From the NCBI GenBank assembly GCA_041690295.1, contig JAWLHR010000019.1, positions 1-62,797 on the forward strand: a DNA stretch of 62,797 bases, in the 5' to 3' direction. Below the pieces are notes generated by a model that was given only the letters and a program-made list of their open reading frames with translations, searched no databases and was not told where the DNA came from. The number at the start of each line of letters is the position of its first letter. Position 1 is the first letter of the stretch. This document shows positions 16,859 through 26,286 of the stretch, in pieces. This DNA comes from Bdellovibrionales bacterium (GTDB taxonomy: Bacteria; Bdellovibrionota; Bdellovibrionia; Bdellovibrionales; UBA1609). The position numbers were made by a program, and so were the translations under genes.

Positions 16859-18069
16859 GATTCCTCATGGTAAATGGGCTGGAGCTTCTGGAAGATGAAA
16901 TCTAAACGCCGTCTGGCCTGGTCCGCGTCACATCCCCACACCACGATGTAACCATGCCGCTGTTCATTGTTCAAAGGCCGCGGAAGCTTTTGTCCCATGC
17001 GTGCCCAAATGTTCATTTTGATAACATAGGGATGCTGTTTAATTTCATCTAAATTCTCTATGGCTTCCAGGATTCGGCCGCTTTCAAATTTGACAATGCC
17101 AAGGATCGCAACTCCGTTTTTGTAAGGACGGTAGGTGTCGCGCTTCCCAGCCAAGTATTCCAAGTAAAACTCATTGACATCGACTCCATGTGCCCCCTCG
17201 ATGAGAAACGGAATCAGCCCCCCCACGCGCGCGTTGCTTTCGACGATTTTGACTCCCGAAGAAGTCGCGATGACTTCGGTATGCGTGGCGCCGTTTTGAA
17301 AACCAGCCCGATTCAGAAAGCGGGTTACGGTCGAGATGATTTCTCCCGCGAGTTCCTCTGAAATCTGAGCTGGAAAGACGCCGCCATTTTCAATATAGGT
17401 GGGCGGTAAGACCGGAAATTTTTCGGTGATGCCGAGGATCGCATGGCGCCCGTCTTTCGAAATCGCTTCGACGCTGAACTGCGGCCCCTCAAAACACTCT
17501 TCAAGTACCAAACCAAACGGTTCCGGCGACTCACTCCATTTTTCATAGACGGACCGAAGATCGTCGGCTGATTCGATAAATGAGATATTTTTACTTCCGG
17601 ATGAGCAGGCGGGCTTCAATATAGACGGAGGCAGAGGGTTTTGCATCAGCGCAACGAAATCAGCCTTGGTTTCGACTGAAGTGTATCTCACGCCTAGTTC
17701 GGGATCGTCTTGAAGAAGATGACGGAGCTGCAACTTACTTTTGAAGAACTCATAAGTCGAAAGTGGATTGGGCAGGCGATTCAGTTCACTCGCCGTTTTT
17801 AAAAATGCGGGTAAAAATTCATCTGGAACTCCGGGGATTAAGATTGTTTCCGGATATCGGTTAAAAATCGCCTTCAGTCGATCGATCCAGCCGGACCCGC
17901 TCAGAAGATCATCTTGGATAAATTCGTCGGAAAGGCGTTTGACGTCTTGAATGATGGCTTCAAAAAAATTGGGACCCTCAAAACGGTGCCATACGGAAGT
18001 GACGTGATAGCCGAGGCGCTTGGCCGCTTCGACTTGGATCGTAATGGGCGTAAAAAGGACGATGCGCAT
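16846..18069 (-). CDS. ATP-grasp ligase (L-amino-acid-ligase-like)
   Basis: ILKPACSSGS, LEECFEGPQFSVE, HTEV and VESNARVGG. Confidence 0.9.
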   Translation of the reverse strand: MRIVLFTPITIQVEAAKRLGYHVTSVWHRFEGPNFFEAIIQDVKRLSDEFIQDDLLSGSGWIDRLKAIFNRYPETILIPGVPDEFLPAFLKTASELNRLPNPLSTYEFFKSKLQLRHLLQDDPELGVRYTSVETKADFVALMQNPLPPSILKPACSSGSKNISFIESADDLRSVYEKWSESPEPFGLVLEECFEGPQFSVEAISKDGRHAILGITEKFPVLPPTYIENGGVFPAQISEELAGEIISTVTRFLNRAGFQNGATHTEVIATSSGVKIVESNARVGGLIPFLIEGAHGVDVNEFYLEYLAGKRDTYRPYKNGVAILGIVKFESGRILEAIENLDEIKQHPYVIKMNIWARMGQKLPRPLNNEQRHGYIVVWGCDADQARRRLDFIFQKLQPIYHEESCLT

Positions 18070-18071
18070 GG

Positions 18072-18689
18072 TTAGGTTTTTTCCGCCAGAGCAATGAGAT
18101 AGGTGCCGCCATGGGTGGAACTGACCACGCGTTCGGAGTACAAAATGCGAAAATCGGCGAGAGTGGCTTTCAGTTGATCGAGCCTGTAGGCCGTTGCATG
18201 GCGGCCGTCGGCCATTTTCATCGAGACTCCTTCTCTACTGGGGTCATTCGGAGAGTAAACGTTGAGACACAAGAGGCCCCGCGGCCGCAGCAGTGTCCAT
18301 ATTTTGTTAAGATAGGATGGTTGCTCGTCGGGGGGTTGGTGGTGAAAGCACCCATTGTCCAAAACGGCGTCAAAAGATTCCAGTGGAAGATGGAGGGACT
18401 GAAAATCGCCAGCCTTAAAAGAGGCTCTCTCCCCGTGAACATGACTTATGTGGTCCCAATTGGAATGTTTCACTAGGTCGAGGCCGTAAACCGAATGCCC
18501 TTTTTTTAAAAGAGCGAGGCTGTCGATTCCGGAGCCGCAGCCGATATCCAGCACTAACGATGGCTTAGTTAAATGATCATGCAGAATATCAACGGAGCGC
18601 CTTAATCCCAGGTCCTTTGACCACACATCGCGGCTCTGATCGTAGTAACGGGAGAAAATTTCTGTCATAAGATTCAAGTACGTTTTCAT
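18072..18689 (-). CDS. Class I SAM-dependent methyltransferase
   Basis: VLDIGCGSG and FDAVLDNGCFHH; ATG 18689 overlaps the upstream stop (ATGA). Confidence 0.9.
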   Translation of the reverse strand: MKTYLNLMTEIFSRYYDQSRDVWSKDLGLRRSVDILHDHLTKPSLVLDIGCGSGIDSLALLKKGHSVYGLDLVKHSNWDHISHVHGERASFKAGDFQSLHLPLESFDAVLDNGCFHHQPPDEQPSYLNKIWTLLRPRGLLCLNVYSPNDPSREGVSMKMADGRHATAYRLDQLKATLADFRILYSERVVSSTHGGTYLIALAEKT

Positions 18690-19774
18690 AGGGACGAAAT
18701 AAGGTGTCGCCCGGCCGAAGCCGTACGACACCCTTCCTCATTTACTGACCGGTGTTCATGTGTGACCTCCTTGTTTGTTTTCAGCCAAACGCTCTCCTCA
18801 TCACTTGGCTTCGACGGGAAGACCGTGGCCAGTTGCTCATGGCCGAATTCGGCGGCGGCTTTGATGCAACCAAGAAGATTGGCGGCGGCCGAGCTGCCGA
18901 TCTTGAGACCGGTTTGAAGGTAAAAGTCGAGCATCATCTGCCGGCACTGATCATATGAAAAATGAAAGTGGGTGGCCTTGGGGTCGATGGCCGTGACGAA
19001 CTTCTGTTTTTTCCCATAACCCAATCCTCCGGCGCCAATGAACTTCGGTTTGGAATTGGGGCCGCTTTCAGTTCCGAACGGCATCTCCGCCGGCGTCACG
19101 ATGTAGCCTTTCAATTTAGGGAAGCGTCGTCTCAATGCCGATAAAACCCCGCAATAGGTGCCACCCGTTCCAACCGCGGCGACCCAGCCGTCGATGTCGG
19201 CGCCATCAAGTTGGCTTAAAACTTCGGTTCCGGTAAATTCTCGATGCATGTTCAAGTTAGCGGCATTCTCGTGTTGAAAGAGGAAGGAATATTCGGGATG
19301 GGCGCGACTTAACTCAAACGCCTTGTTCATTACGCCCCAGAAGCCTTGTTCTTTATCGACAATGTGGAGTTCACAGTCGAGGAGCCGAAGTCTTCCCACC
19401 ACGGAAGCCGGAGTGGATTCGCTCAAGACCAGGGACATCGGAATGCGCAGTTGATGGCAAATTGAGGCGAGCGCGAGTCCAAGACTTCCGCCCGTGTATT
19501 CGAGAATTCGTTTTGGCCGCTGGTGTCCGCGCAATAACAAGTCATGAAGCATGCCCAAAACAGCGCGATCTTTTACCGTGCCTGAAGAATTCTCCCACTC
19601 CAACTTGGCGAAGATACGGGCACGGTTGACGCGCAATTCGAGAATCGAAGTGCAACCGACCGTCTCGGCATACTCGGAAAGTTTCGGCCATTGTGCCCGA
19701 ATTTCGGGATGGCAAACGAAGCGAAGCCGGCGGGGGGCCGCGACGTATTGAATCAGTTCAATTTTTGTAGACAT
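18686..19774 (-). CDS. PLP-dependent cysteine synthase-family (beta-replacement) enzyme
   Basis: AKLEWENSSGTVKDR (PLP lysine), YTGGSLG, VGTGGT and GSSAAANL. Confidence 0.9.
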   Translation of the reverse strand: MSTKIELIQYVAAPRRLRFVCHPEIRAQWPKLSEYAETVGCTSILELRVNRARIFAKLEWENSSGTVKDRAVLGMLHDLLLRGHQRPKRILEYTGGSLGLALASICHQLRIPMSLVLSESTPASVVGRLRLLDCELHIVDKEQGFWGVMNKAFELSRAHPEYSFLFQHENAANLNMHREFTGTEVLSQLDGADIDGWVAAVGTGGTYCGVLSALRRRFPKLKGYIVTPAEMPFGTESGPNSKPKFIGAGGLGYGKKQKFVTAIDPKATHFHFSYDQCRQMMLDFYLQTGLKIGSSAAANLLGCIKAAAEFGHEQLATVFPSKPSDEESVWLKTNKEVTHEHRSVNEEGCRTASAGRHLISSL

Positions 19775-19943
19775 TGGCCCTCCACAGAGGTGGGCAAATA
19801 TCAATTAAGGTGCCAGGACAAATGGCGGTTGAATAAGTTTAAAGAGGGGATCGAGATGGATTTTCGCATGAAAGTCTAAAATTCCGGACAAGAAATTAGG
19901 ACTGTGGCTTGAACCAGGTATTTTCGACGGTAGATAAAAAATC

Positions 19944-20171
19944 ATGAATTTGCATATCGTCACCGGTGGTTCACGGGGGCTTGGAGCGGCGCTGGCGGAG
20001 TATTTTGACGGACTTGGTGATGATGTTGAGTCTTCGGTGGCTCGGAACATTGCGGTCAACCTTATCGCGCCTATTGTTCTTACAGCCGCGTTTTTAAAAT
20101 ACACCTTCGAATTTAAAGGAACTCGAGTGCAACCTCTGACACAGGCTTCGGTTTACGACCTCATTAATTGA
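19944..20171 (+). pseudogene. Internally deleted short-chain dehydrogenase (sepiapterin/benzil reductase-like)
   Basis: IVTGGSRGLG is joined almost directly to ARNIAVNLIAPIVLT; no YxxxK; 75 aa. Confidence 0.6.
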
Positions 20172-20346
20172 ATATCGTAGGTCCTTTGCGACTATCTGTG
20201 GAAATAGGTGCAAAGGCCTTTTTTATCACGTAGATCCGGCCAAATTTTTTTCATCATCCAAGGCGAAAGTCGAGAGTGAGATTTCACGTTAAGCGCTCGC
20301 TTGTTATGCTGAAACGGTAATCCTAGTTTGTGTAGCGAGGGTGGGG

Positions 20347-21258
20347 ATGCGTTTTGTCTCGTTGATTCTTTTTACGATTTTCCTTTCAAACCTTCATGCC
20401 GAAACCATCGCTCCGGGCGGCGGATATGGCGGGATGTCGTCGAACAGTGATCCCGCGGTGAACCAGGGATGCGACATCGCCTACGGCGCGCGACTTCTGC
20501 TGGCTTCGATCTATGGCGACTGTGATGCGCCGGCGGCGGCCAAGGGTGGTGGAGTGCCGGCGGATTCAATGTGTCAGTCCATGCCCAAGGAGAACCCGGG
20601 CTCATTGGCCCAAGTATGGGCGGGGCCAAAAGATTGTCCGAGTCCGTATAAATCCAAACCGAAATACTCGCAGGCGGGTGCGAGAATGAAAGTCGATGGA
20701 AATCAAATTGATCCAGCGCCCGGAGGTTCAACTGATTGCTCGGGATTTTTTTCGGGAGTGGCGGCTCGCCTTGGAATGCGGTTGGAGCCGGGAAAAGACA
20801 TTACGGCTCCGACCACCACAGCCCAGCTCATTCAACTTTTAAAAAGCGGAAATTCCTGTTGGGATTTGGTGAACGACGGCCTTCTTCCCGGAGACATGGT
20901 GGTGTGGAACGACGGAACAAAGGGCCACGTTTATTTGATTGATCGAATTTCCTCGGGTGGGCCCGGCAGTTGCGAATTTTCCATTATAGAATCCAGTGGA
21001 GGCAGTGATGCGCAGTACGGCGGGCCTCGCGTGGTGGTGAAAGGTGGCGAGCGCGGCGGCAGCGTGGTGAGTGATGCCATGGGAACCGCTATGAATAGGA
21101 TGTCCAAGTCTTGCGTGGCCAAAGACGGCAAGGACGTTAAGACCGCGCGATTCAACCCGAACAAGCCCGGCTGCAAGGGAACTCCAAAAAAATTCAAAAA
21201 CGAGGAGTGCGTGAGAAAATGCGACAATCTCGGAAAAACCAGTTCACTGTTCATATAA
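20347..21258 (+). CDS. Secreted Cys-rich NlpC/P60-type cysteine peptidase/amidase
   Basis: Signal peptide; TDCSGF, LLPGDMVVW, GHVYLI and IIESS. Confidence 0.75.
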   Translation: MRFVSLILFTIFLSNLHAETIAPGGGYGGMSSNSDPAVNQGCDIAYGARLLLASIYGDCDAPAAAKGGGVPADSMCQSMPKENPGSLAQVWAGPKDCPSPYKSKPKYSQAGARMKVDGNQIDPAPGGSTDCSGFFSGVAARLGMRLEPGKDITAPTTTAQLIQLLKSGNSCWDLVNDGLLPGDMVVWNDGTKGHVYLIDRISSGGPGSCEFSIIESSGGSDAQYGGPRVVVKGGERGGSVVSDAMGTAMNRMSKSCVAKDGKDVKTARFNPNKPGCKGTPKKFKNEECVRKCDNLGKTSSLFI

Positions 21259-21752
21259 CCGGTTGGTTGGCGGCCACGATTTTTCTGATGGGCTCCGCGT
21301 TGGCCGCGGGCGAGTTTAATCCCGATTTGCATCAAACTCGGTGCAAAAACATTAGGGCGGTCGCGCAGGAGGCCGTTCAGTATTCGCTTTTGGGTGCGTG
21401 GGAACCGTACACCACCAAAGCCTGTTTCAAGGGAAAGCGTTACCGCTACTTCAATCCCCACGCGGCTTACCCGGAAGGCGATTTACTGAACGCCGATGGA
21501 ATTTTATTTTTCAAACAGGGCCGTGATTCATTCAAGATCAAAAACGTCCGGAAAATCGAAGACGAATACTCCATAGACGTGGAGTTCAAGATCAAAGGAA
21601 AGTCACTTAAAACAGTTTACAACTACGTGCCCGATCCCAAGTACACCGGCCGCACCGGCATTTGCGGGTTCGTGACGAATTCCCAACATAAGATCGTCCG
21701 GTCGGATTGTGTGGATCAGAAGAAGTTGAAAATTCCAGCCGCGAAACTTTAA
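21219..21752 (+). CDS. Secreted hypothetical protein, possible partner of the NlpC/P60 enzyme
   Basis: Signal-like WLAATIFLMGSALA; four Cys; overlaps the 3' end of the upstream gene. Confidence 0.65.
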   Translation: MRQSRKNQFTVHITGWLAATIFLMGSALAAGEFNPDLHQTRCKNIRAVAQEAVQYSLLGAWEPYTTKACFKGKRYRYFNPHAAYPEGDLLNADGILFFKQGRDSFKIKNVRKIEDEYSIDVEFKIKGKSLKTVYNYVPDPKYTGRTGICGFVTNSQHKIVRSDCVDQKKLKIPAAKL

Positions 21753-21761
21753 ATGCTTAAC

Positions 21762-23003
21762 TCAGTGAGTTGGGACCGTGAGAGAAACCGTGGTCCCAAC
21801 TTGTTCCTTGGACTCAATTGCCCATTTTCCGTGAAGAGTACTCGCTAGATCTCTGACTTGTTTTAAACCGAGCCCGTTTCCCGAGGGTTTTCCAAAAGAA
21901 CCCCCCTCAGTTCTAAGCTTGGACAAAACCTCACTCGGAATGCCTCGCCCATGATCCTTGCAATTCATTCTAATACTCGAGGCATCAATCTCAAGTGTAA
22001 GGATTATTGGCTGACTGGGGGTGGACGCCTCAACTGCATTCGTCAATAAGTTCGAGATCATTCGGCACCACTCGTCTTTGTCGATACTAACGGGGGTTGT
22101 CTCATCAATGGTGTTCTTTATCTCAAGTTCGAAAATGTAATCGGGTTCACTTATATTTTTTTCGTCGATGGCCTGTTTAGTGTGTTTGACAATTTCTCCA
22201 ATGGTGGAATGTGGAATATGATAGCTTCTGGATTTTTCCAAAAGATCATCGGCAATCGTTAGAATTCGTTCTGAGACTTGCTTTATTAGGGTGAGTTCGG
22301 ATTGAGGCAAAGATTCTGCCTTTCGTTGGACAAACATTCTCAAAGCTGAAATAGGCGATCGAATATCATGAGCAACCTGGCGAGCAAGGTCTGAAGTTGC
22401 CTTTTGTTTTTCCAGCGCTATTAGTCGCTCCCTTCGAGCCTTCATTTGTTCGAATTCAACAATCTTCATAGACTCCAGGCTATCGAAATCTGTGGAAATC
22501 GGTGTGACAAGCTCGGTCTCAAATCGCCGATCCAGCCGCCGAATCAAGATAATTGCGATTCCTGATACAAGAGAAGTGAGTAGAAACGTTAAGACTATTG
22601 GAAAATTTAATTTAATCAACGGGCTTTGAATGATTAATTTATACTCCTGAAAACCAGGAATTATTTGAGTATCACTCATTTTGAAAAAATTTTTATCGTT
22701 TAATCCACAAATCTCCAGATTAGCCGGAAAGCTCATTATTGCGGTGTTATTCTTGCAAATACCAATTCCACTAAGAAGGACATTGTCGGCTGCATTATGA
22801 ACTAAAGCTTCCAGCATGATCCGATTTTTCTGCAGGAGTGCAACTTGGATAACCTTAATCATTGAATCCACGGAGGAGCGATATTTTTGATGATTTTCAG
22901 AGAGAACTAAAAAAATATAAAAAAGCTGAATCAAAAGAATGGAAAGCACAAAAAGCACTAGAGGGCGTTTTCCAAATTTTGAGTACCATTCTTTCAGAGA
23001 CAT
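21762..23003 (-). CDS. Membrane sensor histidine kinase
   Basis: Two TM helices; H-box QVAHDIRSP, N-box NLLTNA, DHGRG and GNGLGL. Confidence 0.95.
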   Translation of the reverse strand: MSLKEWYSKFGKRPLVLFVLSILLIQLFYIFLVLSENHQKYRSSVDSMIKVIQVALLQKNRIMLEALVHNAADNVLLSGIGICKNNTAIMSFPANLEICGLNDKNFFKMSDTQIIPGFQEYKLIIQSPLIKLNFPIVLTFLLTSLVSGIAIILIRRLDRRFETELVTPISTDFDSLESMKIVEFEQMKARRERLIALEKQKATSDLARQVAHDIRSPISALRMFVQRKAESLPQSELTLIKQVSERILTIADDLLEKSRSYHIPHSTIGEIVKHTKQAIDEKNISEPDYIFELEIKNTIDETTPVSIDKDEWCRMISNLLTNAVEASTPSQPIILTLEIDASSIRMNCKDHGRGIPSEVLSKLRTEGGSFGKPSGNGLGLKQVRDLASTLHGKWAIESKEQVGTTVSLTVPTH

Positions 23004-23009
23004 ATTAAA

Positions 23010-24561
23010 TCACAGTGGCGAAAACATAGTAAATTGATTGGATTCTCTTTCCTTAACTGAGTCCACCAGTCTGACTCGATTTCGGTTGTATGCGTGCATT
23101 CCACGCACAAATCCAACATGTACGTAAGGGACCTCTTCAAGAAACTTGATCGACACTTTTTGATAGTGTGAATCAAGATCATTGAGGTTAAGAATTGATC
23201 GACCTTCGTCTAATAGATTTGATACTTCTTCACGAAAGAACATAGGCGAGTGAATCGCGCCATCCTTCGCTAGAGAGTGAAACAATCCATCTGGATCACC
23301 GGATGCAATTGATGATCCGCCGACTAGAATGTCAGGTTCAAAGGTTTTATAAAACATTTTGTATTCGTTGCCGTGTCTCAATCCAACCTGAATTACTGGT
23401 GAATTTGACTCCTAGTTTTTCCATCAAATCTTGAACCCAATTGTTCATTTCCGACGTGACAATGAGTAAAGGATTCTTTTGGGTGGCTCTCACGAAAGCG
23501 GGTACAAACGGTTTCCCTTTTGCAACAAGTTCTTGAACCAAAGAGTCATCTAGGCGACCTGCTTGGAGTGGCAAATATGGTTGAGGGTCCAGAGTAAGAT
23601 TTTGCTGATAGTTTGGCGGAAGCTTTTCAAGCTTGATGTGTTTATGAATTAAATATTGGAAAGCAAGTCGATGTTCGCGATTGGAAAAAAAACGATTTTT
23701 GAGTCCGTTTAGTGTCAGTGTTAAATGGCCAGATTCCATGCCGGAAACACATGAAATTGAAGTCACTTTTCCAGGTCCACAAGCCGGAATATTGGCGCGG
23801 TCTGCAAAAGCATACACGTCGATTTCCCCGGATTCAAGGGCGTGCATTGCTGATTGTGGATCAACAATCGTAACTTCAACCTTTGAGTATCCCGCTTGGT
23901 CTTTAAAATATAAATTGCGTCGGAAGGTCAGTTTCGAGTCATTGGATGAATCAATAATGTACGGCCCAGTTCCTATTTGTAAATTGTTAGAAATTTTAAA
24001 TATCGCCATTCGGCCCGTAGCAAATTCGGAGAGCGCGGTGCGAAACGGCTTTTTAAACCGAATCTGAATCGTTGCCTTGTCGATTACTTTAATTCCGCGC
24101 AGTGATTTGGTGTGAGTGAACTCTTCGAATCCTTCGACTAAATAAAGAACATCTTGCAAACTGCTATTGGCGGATTGTGGCGTTAAGCTTAATCCATGCT
24201 CCCATGCTTTTTTTACATCCTGTGCGCTCAATGAGGTTCCATCTGAAAATTTGCGAGAAGTATCGAGAGTAAACGTGAAGGTTGTCAGGTCCTCAGAAAC
24301 TGTCCAACTCTTCGCGAGTCCAGGCAGTATAGTGCCACCACGACCTTCGCGCACCAAGCTTTCGAACTGATTTGAGAGCAGTGCATCCGCGTAAGCTGTG
24401 TGTTGCAATGCGGGGACTAGATTACCCCAATAGGTGGGGCAGCCTACGCGAAGTGTTGCTTCCATATCGGATCCTTTTTTAAAGGCCAAATGATTTTCAC
24501 AATTCCCATAAATCCAAGCTGAAGCTAGTAGCGTTACGAATAGTATTAATACTTTCGCCAT
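23010..24561 (-). pseudogene. Family 5 (OppA/DppA-like) solute-binding protein split by a 1-nt frameshift (real or sequencing error)
   Basis: PGLAKSWTVSED, FSDGT and IGTGPY. Removing one T from TTTT at 23357-23360 joins ...RIQ to MFYKTFEPD... (ORF 23010-23381). Confidence 0.75.
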
Positions 24562-24866
24562 TACCATACACTTCGAGTGGCGTCCGAGCCTGCCATAATG
24601 GCTTTGTCTTCTTTGTACATCTCAATCAGTTGATTCTTTAATTGTTGATCAGCGAAGACAAGTTCATCAATGCTTGTTATTCCGTGGGAAGCCAGGAATT
24701 CATAGTAGAATGCCGGCATTCTGTTATTTGCAAGTTTGTGGAGTACCTCTTCCCAGCTGGATTCAACTAATCTGCCAGGAGGTTCATTTGTACTTTGTAC
24801 GGCTGCAAATACCGTTGATGTGGGAAGTAGTAAGCAAAGTGAAACCAGAATTTTTCTTAATGGCAT
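24561..24866 (-). CDS. Small secreted protein, candidate peptide precursor
   Basis: Signal peptide; C-terminus ...AIMAGSDATRSVW; TAATG overlap with the binding-protein gene. Confidence 0.7.
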   Translation of the reverse strand: MPLRKILVSLCLLLPTSTVFAAVQSTNEPPGRLVESSWEEVLHKLANNRMPAFYYEFLASHGITSIDELVFADQQLKNQLIEMYKEDKAIMAGSDATRSVW

Positions 24867-24882
24867 GGTAGCATCCCTTCGT

Positions 24883-25920
24883 TCAGTTGTTAGACTTTAC
24901 CCAGCAACCGTTATCAAATCCCAAAAAATCGCCTGTAGTGGAGTACGCAAAGCTCCGATCTCCTCCACACTTTCCTAGATATTTGCATCCTGAACAGCCT
25001 TTTATTTTTCGATTCCGCAAATCAGAAAATAATCGACTTGAAAAATAGAACTTAGAAAGTTCTGTCGTCCGTATTTCTCCAAGCTTAAGATCTGTGCGAC
25101 TTGAAGCTTTAATTTGTCCGTCATATCCGATAACAAGTCCCTGAAGACCGGGGTGACCCGAAGAGCCCAATTGTTCATCAATCAAACAGTAGAGCGGTTT
25201 ATCGGTATTCGTTGGCAGTTGTGTTTCTCGAGACCATTTCACCACCGCAATCATTGCTTCCTTTAGGTCGGCTCCTGTTAATGTGGAGTCCGCACTGTTG
25301 AAATGATGTTTGCCCGCGCCACTTGGAATAGCTCTGGTGTAATTTAGGCTGTCGACGCCTAGCTCCTTTGCAAACCGAAACATTTGCGGAATTTCATCTT
25401 TGGTTCGAGTAGAGAGAATCACCAAAACGTGAACGTCGAAGCCGTTTTCTTTTAGAGCCTTAATCCCATCTATGGCCTTTTTAAAACTGCCCTTTCCGCG
25501 AATGGCATCGTGCGCGGTTTCGTTTGGACTTTCTAATGAAACCTGAAAGAACAGAGGATAATCAACAAGCTTATGGATCAGTCGCGGAACTAGAGTGCCA
25601 TTGGTGGTAATGTGTACAAAGGTGCGATTCCATTTCTGGGTGATGTAATCGAGGAGTGGAAATAAGTACGGCGAGGCTAGCGGCTCACCGCCACAGATCA
25701 TAATGTTCGGGCGCGCACGGACTAGGTTTAGCAAACGTGCGTAGTTATCGATTGTTGACTTCCAGTCCTCAAGGCTCATCGCCCTGTCGTTCTTGTGGTG
25801 TGGATGGTAGCAATGAGCACAAGAGAGGTTACATGCGTTGGTGATGTCGAACTGAATTGAAATTGAGTTTAATCCAAGGCCTTGAATAATGGTTTTTTCG
25901 ATAACGGAGGTTGCGGCCAC
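24883..25920 (-). CDS. Radical SAM enzyme with SPASM-like C-terminus
   Basis: CNLSCAHC, GGEPL, TTNG and HDAIRGKGSF; C-terminal CSGCKYLGKCGGDR...GC. Confidence 0.92.
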   Translation of the reverse strand: MAATSVIEKTIIQGLGLNSISIQFDITNACNLSCAHCYHPHHKNDRAMSLEDWKSTIDNYARLLNLVRARPNIMICGGEPLASPYLFPLLDYITQKWNRTFVHITTNGTLVPRLIHKLVDYPLFFQVSLESPNETAHDAIRGKGSFKKAIDGIKALKENGFDVHVLVILSTRTKDEIPQMFRFAKELGVDSLNYTRAIPSGAGKHHFNSADSTLTGADLKEAMIAVVKWSRETQLPTNTDKPLYCLIDEQLGSSGHPGLQGLVIGYDGQIKASSRTDLKLGEIRTTELSKFYFSSRLFSDLRNRKIKGCSGCKYLGKCGGDRSFAYSTTGDFLGFDNGCWVKSNN

Positions 25921-26286
25921 AAACGTCTCCTAGGGAGTAATGAGGCAATCCTTATAGCAATTTATAGACCCAGGGTTAGCCAAGTAGATTTAATCTGATT
26001 ACGTTTAGTCCTGTAATTTTTGCATGAGGATCTGGACTGTGCGCACTTGTGGACAGGTAGAGGCACTTCCTGGCTCTTTATAGAGCGATTCGAGGGTGTA
26101 GCCCTAGAAGCCTCGACTGAGGTTGTGTGCTTACGACTTAGTCGCTAAAGGTGTCTCGTTTTGAGCCAATAGCGCCCAATTTGTTGAGGTATTTTGAGTC
26201 GCCGTCTCCGGTCATCCCCACTTAATTAGGAACTTCATTTGCACATAGGATAGTATAAAAATTAGTGACCAAAATTGTAGATGACA

